A stretch of DNA of 64,000 bases from positions 26,365-90,364 of the forward strand of contig CAVZUW010000003.1 in assembly GCA_963778545.1 (NCBI GenBank), in the 5' to 3' direction. Numbering within the stretch: position 1 is the first letter of the stretch; every line of letters starts with the position of its first letter. Below, in pieces: positions 58,264-64,000 of the stretch. The notes under the pieces were generated by a model. That model did not search any database. It worked only from the letters and a program-made list of their open reading frames with translations, and was not told where the DNA came from. Position numbers and translations under genes: made by a program. Source of the stretch: an uncultured Actinomycetes bacterium. GTDB taxonomy: Bacteria; Actinomycetota; UBA4738; HRBIN12.

Positions 58264-58572
58264 TCACAGGAGCGCCCGGGCGAGCGCCGTCGTCACCGTC
58301 GCCAGGATCACGACCAGGAGCAGCGGCGCCTTCCGCCAGATCGCGATCGCGGCGACCGCGACGCCGAGCACGCGTTCGTCGACCGCGAGCGCCTGGCCAC
58401 TCCCGAACGTCTGCACCGCGACCAGCGCGCCGAGCAGGGCGGGCGCCAGGAGCTCGATCACGCGCGAGAGACCCTCGGGGAGCGGGCGGCCCCCGAGCAG
58501 CACGGGACCGATCGCCTTGATCGCGATCGTGCCGGCGCCGACCAGCGTGACGACGAGCCAGGTCTGGCTCAT
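58264..58572 (-). CDS. azlD: Branched-chain amino acid transport protein AzlD
   Basis: 102 aa with 3 TM helices. ATGA overlap with azlC. Confidence 0.7.
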   Translation of the reverse strand: MSQTWLVVTLVGAGTIAIKAIGPVLLGGRPLPEGLSRVIELLAPALLGALVAVQTFGSGQALAVDERVLGVAVAAIAIWRKAPLLLVVILATVTTALARALL

Positions 58573-59222
58573 CGCCTCAACCCGATGAGGCAGGCGGCGC
58601 CGGCCGCGATGATCGGCACCCCGGCGGGCGCGAACGGCGTGAGCGCCAGGGCGATCGCCGCCCCGAGGAGGGCGGCGGCGACGTGCCGCCGGTCGCGCGC
58701 GAGCGGGACGAGCAGCCCGAGGAACAACGCCGCGAAGGCCGCGTCGAGCCCGAACGTGGCCGGGTCGCCGATACCCGAACCGACGAGCGCGCCGATCGCC
58801 GTGCCGGCGACCCACGACAGGTAGAGGACGACCCCGGCGCCGAGCAGCATGCTGCGGGAGAAGCGTCCCTCGCCCTCGGCGGCGATCGCCCAGGACTCGT
58901 CCACGACGAGCTGCGCGTGCACGAACCTGGACCACAGGGAGCCGGTCAGGTACGGCGCCACCGAGATGCCGATCGGGGCGTAGCGCGCGTTCAGCAGGAG
59001 CGCGGCCGCGACCGCCGCGGCCACGGTCCCGCCGTCGCGCAGCACCGAGACCGAGGCGAACTGCGCCGAACCCGCGAAGGTCGTCGCCGACATCACGATC
59101 GGGGCGAGCCAGCCGAACCCGACCGCGCGTGCGATCACGCCGAACGAGATGCCGAACCCGACGACGGCCACCGCGAGCGGACCCACGGCTCGAGCCCCGT
59201 CGCGGAAGGTCCGTTCGGCCAT
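58569..59222 (-). CDS. azlC: Branched-chain amino acid transport protein AzlC
   Basis: 217 aa from ATG 59222 (MAERTFRDGARAVGPLAVAVVGFGISFGV...). AzlC-family TM pattern. Confidence 0.8.
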   Translation of the reverse strand: MAERTFRDGARAVGPLAVAVVGFGISFGVIARAVGFGWLAPIVMSATTFAGSAQFASVSVLRDGGTVAAAVAAALLLNARYAPIGISVAPYLTGSLWSRFVHAQLVVDESWAIAAEGEGRFSRSMLLGAGVVLYLSWVAGTAIGALVGSGIGDPATFGLDAAFAALFLGLLVPLARDRRHVAAALLGAAIALALTPFAPAGVPIIAAGAACLIGLRR

Positions 59223-59292
59223 GACCAACGGTAGCAACCTCTCGGTGGCGGCCCGAGGTTCCCGCTCGAGCTCGACCGCTAGAGTGCGCGAC

Positions 59293-60147
59293 GTGAACGT
59301 TCCCTTCCGGCTCGTCGACGTGTTCGCGCCGCGACCGCTCGCCGGGAACCAGCTCTGCGTCGTGCCGGGACCCGCCGACCTGGAGGACGCGACGATGCAG
59401 GCCATCGCGAGGGAGATCGGCTTCTCCGAGACGACGTTCGTGACCGAGAGCGGTGACGACCGCTACGCGATGCGGATCTTCACGCCGGCATCGGAGCTCC
59501 CGTTCGCGGGGCACCCGACGCTCGGGACGGCGTTCGTGTTGGTGAGCGAGGGGCGTGTGAGCTCGCCCGCGACGCAGGTCGTGGCCGCGGGCGAGATCCC
59601 GGTCGAGGTGGATCTCGAAGCCGGCACCGCGTGGATGACGCAGCTCCCGCCAGCGTTCGGGCCCGTCTTCGAGGATCGCGAGCTGATCGCCCGCGCGATC
59701 GGTCTCGAGGCGAGTGATCTCGACCCCGACCTCCCGGTCCGGACCGTCTCGACCGGTCTGCCACCGACGATCGTGCCGCTCCGCGACGCCGAGACGCTCC
59801 GGCGCGCCGTCCGGAACGCCGCGGTGGTGGCGGAGGCGGTCGCGGCCTCGGGTGGGGAGGACCTGTACCTGTTCGCGGTCACCGGGGAGGGCGTCACCGC
59901 GCGGATGTTCGATGCGGAGCTCGGCGTCGGGGAAGACCCGGCGACGGGGTCGGCGGCGGGTGCGCTCGGCGCCTACCTGGCCGAGCACGATCTGGCCGGC
60001 ATGCCGGGCTCGGTGCTGATCCGCCAGGGCGGGCAGGTGGGGCGGCCGAGCGAGCTGTTCGTCGAGACCAGCAGCGAGGACGGGGCATGGCGCGTCCGGG
60101 TCGGGGGAGGCGTCCACGTGGTCGGCCGGGGGACGTTCGAGCTCTGA
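59293..60147 (+). CDS. PhzF family phenazine-biosynthesis-like isomerase
   Basis: GTG 59293. VDVFAPRPLAGNQLCVV and ETTFV motifs. 284 aa. Confidence 0.8.
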   Translation: MNVPFRLVDVFAPRPLAGNQLCVVPGPADLEDATMQAIAREIGFSETTFVTESGDDRYAMRIFTPASELPFAGHPTLGTAFVLVSEGRVSSPATQVVAAGEIPVEVDLEAGTAWMTQLPPAFGPVFEDRELIARAIGLEASDLDPDLPVRTVSTGLPPTIVPLRDAETLRRAVRNAAVVAEAVAASGGEDLYLFAVTGEGVTARMFDAELGVGEDPATGSAAGALGAYLAEHDLAGMPGSVLIRQGGQVGRPSELFVETSSEDGAWRVRVGGGVHVVGRGTFEL

Positions 60148-60183
60148 ACGTGCCGTCTCGACCGCGCCCGGATCCCGTTCCTC

Positions 60184-60633
60184 GTGCCTCGACGGAAACG
60201 GAGGCACCCTCGTAGGCTTGCGTCCGTGCGCGTCCGCGTCGTCGTCCTGATCGTGCTGATCACCGGCAGCCTGGCCTGGGTCGGGACGCAGGCCCTATCC
60301 GGCAACCTCGTCTACTACGTCACGCCGACCGAGCTCCTGCACCAGCACCCGGCCCCGAACGAACGCCTGCGGCTCGGCGGCCAGGTCGTGCCGGGCTCGC
60401 TGCACGACGTCGCCGACGGCGTCGACTTCGTCGTGACCGACGGCACCACCAGGATGACCGTGGTCCACACGGGCTCGACGCCCGCGCTGTTCAAGAGCGG
60501 GACCGGCGTGGTGCTCGAGGGCATCTACGGGACGGACGGCGCGTTCCACTCGGACAACATGCTCGTCAAGCACGGCGAGGAGTACCGCCCGCCGCTACCC
60601 GGCGAGACGCCGCCACCCGACGAGGTGACCTGA
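60184..60633 (+). CDS. ccmE: Cytochrome c-type biogenesis protein CcmE (haem chaperone)
   Basis: N-terminal TM anchor, then VYYVTPTEL...RLGGQVVPGS...FVVTDG...V.HTG..P.LFK.G.GVVLEG...F.SD..LVKH motifs. Confidence 0.8.
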   Translation: MPRRKRRHPRRLASVRVRVVVLIVLITGSLAWVGTQALSGNLVYYVTPTELLHQHPAPNERLRLGGQVVPGSLHDVADGVDFVVTDGTTRMTVVHTGSTPALFKSGTGVVLEGIYGTDGAFHSDNMLVKHGEEYRPPLPGETPPPDEVT

Positions 60634-62649
60634 TGCCGGCGTTGGTCGGCACGCTGTCGCTCGCGCTGGCACTCGCCCTCGCGGTCTACGGGGTGACGGC
60701 TGCGATCGTCGGTGCGCGGACCGGCCGCCCGCGCGTGGTCGAGAGCGCGCGCACGGCGGCGTACTCGCTGTTCGCGCTCGTCGTCGTCGCGAACCTCGCG
60801 ATGCTCGCGGCACTTCTCGCGAACGACTTCTCGTTGCGCTACGTCGCATCGAACTCCAGTCGCGCGACCCCCACCTTCTTCAAGATGCTGGCGCTCTGGT
60901 CCGCCGACGAGGGCTCGCTGCTGCTGTGGAACCTCGTCCTCGGCGGCTACCTCGCCGCCGTCGCCTTCCGGTTCCGCCGCCGCCGCCCCGAGACCTTCCC
61001 GTGGGCGCTCGCGGTGATGTTCGGCATCTCGGCGTTCTACCTCGTCTTGGTGCTCGGGCCAACGACGCCGTTCGCGACGCTCGCCATTCGCGCCACCCGA
61101 CGGGCGGGGACCGCTCCCGCTGCTCCAGAACCATCCACTGATGGCGGCGCACCCGCCGTTCCTGTACCTCGGGTTCATCGGGTTCACGGTGCCGTTCGCG
61201 TTCGCGATCGCGGCGTTGATCACCGGGCGGGTGAGCGACGCGTGGATGCGGATCACGCGCCGGTGGACGATCTCGGCCTGGATCTTCCTCACGATCGGCC
61301 TGACGCTGGGCGCGCTCTGGTCCTACAGCGTCCTCGGCTGGGGCGGGTACTGGGCGTGGGACCCGGTCGAGAACGTCGCGCTCCTGCCGTGGCTGATGGG
61401 GACCGCGTTCCTGCATTCGGTGTTGGTGCAGGAGCGCCGCGGGATGCTGAAGGTCTGGAACCTGTCGCTGATCGTCGGGACGTTCGCGCTGACGGTCCTC
61501 GGGACGTTCCTGACGCGGGGGAGCATCCTCGCCTCGGTCCACACGTTCGCCGAATCGATCGTCGGGCCGCTGTACCTCGCGTTCCTCACCGTCGTGCTGC
61601 TCGGGGGGTTCGGGTTGATCGCGTGGCGCCGCGAGTCGCTCCGCGCCGAGGCGACGTTCGACACCCCGTTGTCGCGCGAGAGCGTGTTCCTCGGCAACAA
61701 CGTCCTGTTGCTGGTGCTCACGTTCACGGTGCTGATCGGCACGATCTACCCATTGCTCGCCGAGGCGGTGACCGGTGGCAAGGTCTCGGTCGGCTCGCCG
61801 TTCTTCAATCGGAACACCGCTCCGGTGGCGCTGCTGCTCCTGTTCCTGATGGGCATCGGACCGCTCCTGCCGTGGCGGGCGGCCTCGGCGTCCGCCGTCC
61901 TGCGCCGGCTGCAGGTGCCGATGTGGGCGGCGGCGGCGACCGCGGCGCTCCTCGCGCTGGTCGGAGCCGGGGTCGTGGCGGTGATCGTGTTCGGACTGGC
62001 GGCCTTCGTAGCCGCGGCGACGATCGCCGAGATGGTCCGCGGCGTCCAGGCGCAGCGGCGCGCGCACGCGATCTCGGTCGGCGCGGCGATCCGGGCGGCG
62101 GTGTCGAGGAACCGCCGGCTCTACGGCGGGCTCGTCGTCCACCTGGGCCTGATCGTCGCGGTCGTCGGCGTGTCGTGGGCCGCGCTCTCAGACCGCTCTT
62201 CGGAGGTGACGATCGCCCGCGGCGAGGTCGTGCACGCCCAGGGCTACGACCTGCGCTTCGACCGGCTCACGACCCGCGACGAGCCGCAGCGACGGGTCCT
62301 GGTCGCCGAGCTCACGGTCCTCGACCCCCAGACCGGACAGGAGGTCGTCCGGCTCCAGCCGTCGCTGAACCTGTACCCGGCGGCGTCCGAGCCGATCGGC
62401 ACGCCGTCGATCCGGGTCGGCACGCCCTTCAACGGCATGGTCGACCTGTACGCGTCCCTCGTCACGGTCGAGAACGGCACGCGGGCCTCGTTCCGCTTCT
62501 TCGTCAACCCGGGGATCGGGCTGCTGTGGTTCGGCGGCGCGGTGATGGCGTTCGGCGGCATCGTGGCGGCCTGGCCGTCCCGGCCGCGTGCGGCCAGCCC
62601 CCGCGGTCCCGAACCCCTCGCCGAGCGTCGCGAGGAGGTGACGGTGTGA
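60633..62649 (+). CDS. ccmF: Cytochrome c-type biogenesis protein CcmF (haem lyase), +1 frameshift near 61085-61095
   Basis: Frame 0: ...FKMLALWSADEGSLLLWNLVLGGYLA... Frame 1 (ORF 61141-62649): ...PLLQNHPLMAAHPPFLYLGFIGFTVPFAFAIAAL...WAWDPVEN... (WWD domain and the Pro-rich haem-handling motifs). Confidence 0.85.
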
Positions 62650-63245
62650 GCGTCGGCGTCGACGAGAAGGACGAGGCCGCCGAGCCGGAGGGCCGCGCGC
62701 GTTCGCGGCGCAGGTGGCGGACCGTCGCGATCGTGCTCGCGCCCCTGGTGCTGTTCGCGCTGCTGCTCGCCTCGGGCCTCGGGCGCGATCCGCGGGCGCT
62801 CCCGAGCGAGCTGATCGGACAGGCGGCGCCGACCTTCGCGCTGCCGAGGCTCGACGCCGGTGGCACGATCGATCTCGACGACCTGCGGGGGCAGGTGGTC
62901 GTCGTGAACTTCTGGGCGTCGTGGTGCGTGCCGTGCCGCGAGGAGCACGACGCGCTCGCGGCCGCGTGGGGCCGGTACCGGGAGCGGGGCGTCGTCGTGC
63001 TCGGCGTGTCGTTCGAGGACACGAAGGAGTCGGCGCTGGCGTTCCGGGACGAGCTGAAGGGGGACTGGCCGCTCGCCGACGACCCCGGCTCGCGAACGGC
63101 GATCGCGTACGGCGTGTTCGGGGTCCCCGAGACCTTCGTGATCGCGCCGGACGGGACGATCGCGGCGAAGACGACCGGCGCCGTCACCTACGAGTGGCTC
63201 ACCGACGAGATCGAGGGAGCGCTCCGGGCCGGGAACGTCGAGTGA
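62646..63245 (+). CDS. ccmG: Thiol:disulfide interchange protein CcmG/DsbE (TlpA-like thioredoxin)
   Basis: GTG overlaps the ccmF stop. TM anchor. NFWASWCVPCREEHD thioredoxin motif. Confidence 0.8.
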   Translation: MSVGVDEKDEAAEPEGRARSRRRWRTVAIVLAPLVLFALLLASGLGRDPRALPSELIGQAAPTFALPRLDAGGTIDLDDLRGQVVVVNFWASWCVPCREEHDALAAAWGRYRERGVVVLGVSFEDTKESALAFRDELKGDWPLADDPGSRTAIAYGVFGVPETFVIAPDGTIAAKTTGAVTYEWLTDEIEGALRAGNVE

Positions 63246-63719
63246 GCGGCCGAACGCGCTCGTTCGCGGTGCTCGCCGCGGCGATCGCGGTCGTCGGGCT
63301 CGCCGCCCTCATCGCGTCGCGGTGGTTCGGACCCGACCCGGACGCTCGACGAACGCGTGCACGAGATCGGCGCCGGGTTGCGGTGCCCCGTATGCCTGAA
63401 CCTCTCGGTCGCCGACTCCCCGTCGAAGCTCGCCGGTGAGATGCGCTCCGAGATCGAGACCCAGCTTCGCGCCGGCCGGAGCCCCGACCAGATCCGCGCG
63501 TTCTTCATCGATCGCTACGGCGAGTGGATCCTGCTGTCGCCGCGTCGGCACGGGTGGAACCTCCTGCCGTGGGCCGTGCCGATCGTCGGCCTGCTGGCGG
63601 GCGTCGCGCTGTGGGTGGCGTTCGTCCGGCGTCGCGCGCCCGCGCCCGCCGGCGAGGTGACCGAGACCGAGCACCGACGCATCGAGCACGAGCTCGCGGA
63701 TCTGGAGGAACCCGGGTGA
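63242..63719 (+). CDS. ccmH: Cytochrome c-type biogenesis protein CcmH, +1 frameshift near 63335-63345
   Basis: GTG overlaps the ccmG stop. N-terminal TM in frame 2 (VSGRTRSFAVLAAAIAVVGLAALIASRWFGPDPD). Then ORF 63357-63719 frame: LDERVHEIGAGLRCPVCLNLSVADSPS...RYGEWILLSP (LRCxxC haem-handling motif). Confidence 0.7.
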
Positions 63720-63750
63720 ACCCGAGGATGGACGCGGACCGGGGGCGCGG

Positions 63751-64000
63751 GTGAACCCGATCGCGATCTCGTTCGCCGTCGCCGGGCTCGCGCTCGTCGC
63801 GGGCGTCGGGGTGATCGCTGGCTATCTCCGCGAGGCGCCGGCGCCGGTCGAGCCGCTCGCCGACCCGCTCGAAGACCGTCGCGAGGCGCTGCTGCGATCG
63901 CTGGCCGACCTGGAGGATGCGCACGCGTCGGGAACACTCGACGCCGCCGACTACCACCGGCTCCGCGAACAGACCGAGGGCCGCATGGCGCGCGTGCTCC
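63751..64000 (+). CDS. CcmI/CcmH-C-like membrane protein, 5' partial (continues beyond the window)
   Basis: GTG 63751. VNPIAISFAVAGLALVAGVGVIAGYL TM helix, then RREALLRSLADLEDAHASGTLDAADYHRLREQTEGRMARVL, typical of the CcmI N-terminus. Confidence 0.45.
   Translation, partial: MNPIAISFAVAGLALVAGVGVIAGYLREAPAPVEPLADPLEDRREALLRSLADLEDAHASGTLDAADYHRLREQTEGRMARVL

Noticed and set aside
58264-60207. 647-aa minus-strand ORF
   Set aside because: Only its 3' third (AzlD) and an overlapping alternate frame (AzlC) are real. The rest is antisense to the PhzF-family gene.

Overview
High-GC (~70%) bacterial chromosome segment. Gene content points to an actinobacterium-like host: an F420-type LLM oxidoreductase, AzlCD, Ku, AICE/phage-type integrase at a tRNA, and Zn-ribbon membrane proteins. 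About 75 genes are supported, mostly metabolic and transport. Named or family-level calls include serC-like/serA, ilvE, pepN, a threonine dehydratase, an hpaE/hpaD homoprotocatechuate ring-cleavage pair, purE, azlCD, a PhzF-family protein, an S8 protease, a GH26 hydrolase, Ku, pirin and P450. Main observations: (1) an ~11-kb element integrated at tRNA-Arg(TCT), bounded by a 44-bp direct repeat, with tyrosine integrase, P4/D5-type primase, HNH endonuclease, P27-type TerS and TerL but no recognisable capsid, portal or tail genes, so it looks like a phage satellite or decayed prophage; (2) inside it, a lower-GC two-gene membrane-protein cassette and two ~145-bp non-coding direct repeats next to a STAS-domain gene; (3) a 906-aa secreted GH26 enzyme whose C-terminal 280-aa module is duplicated, with 557 bp identical at the nucleotide level; (4) three tandem MFS paralogues, plus an MFS fused to a cNMP-binding domain that lacks a canonical start; (5) a possible gamma-glutamylation-type amine catabolic cluster (GS-like ligase, fused double-SDR, AhpD-like, P450, cupin, LLM); (6) System-I cytochrome c maturation genes ccmEFGH(I); (7) a degenerate tRNA-Gly 3' fragment about 600 bp from an intact tRNA-Gly. 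At least 14 otherwise intact genes carry single-base frameshifts. Almost all are +1, several sit in G/C homopolymers, and none comes with a nonsense mutation, which favours indel errors in the assembly over real pseudogenes. Affected genes are reported as CDS with the shift noted. Several start coordinates are only accurate to within a few codons.
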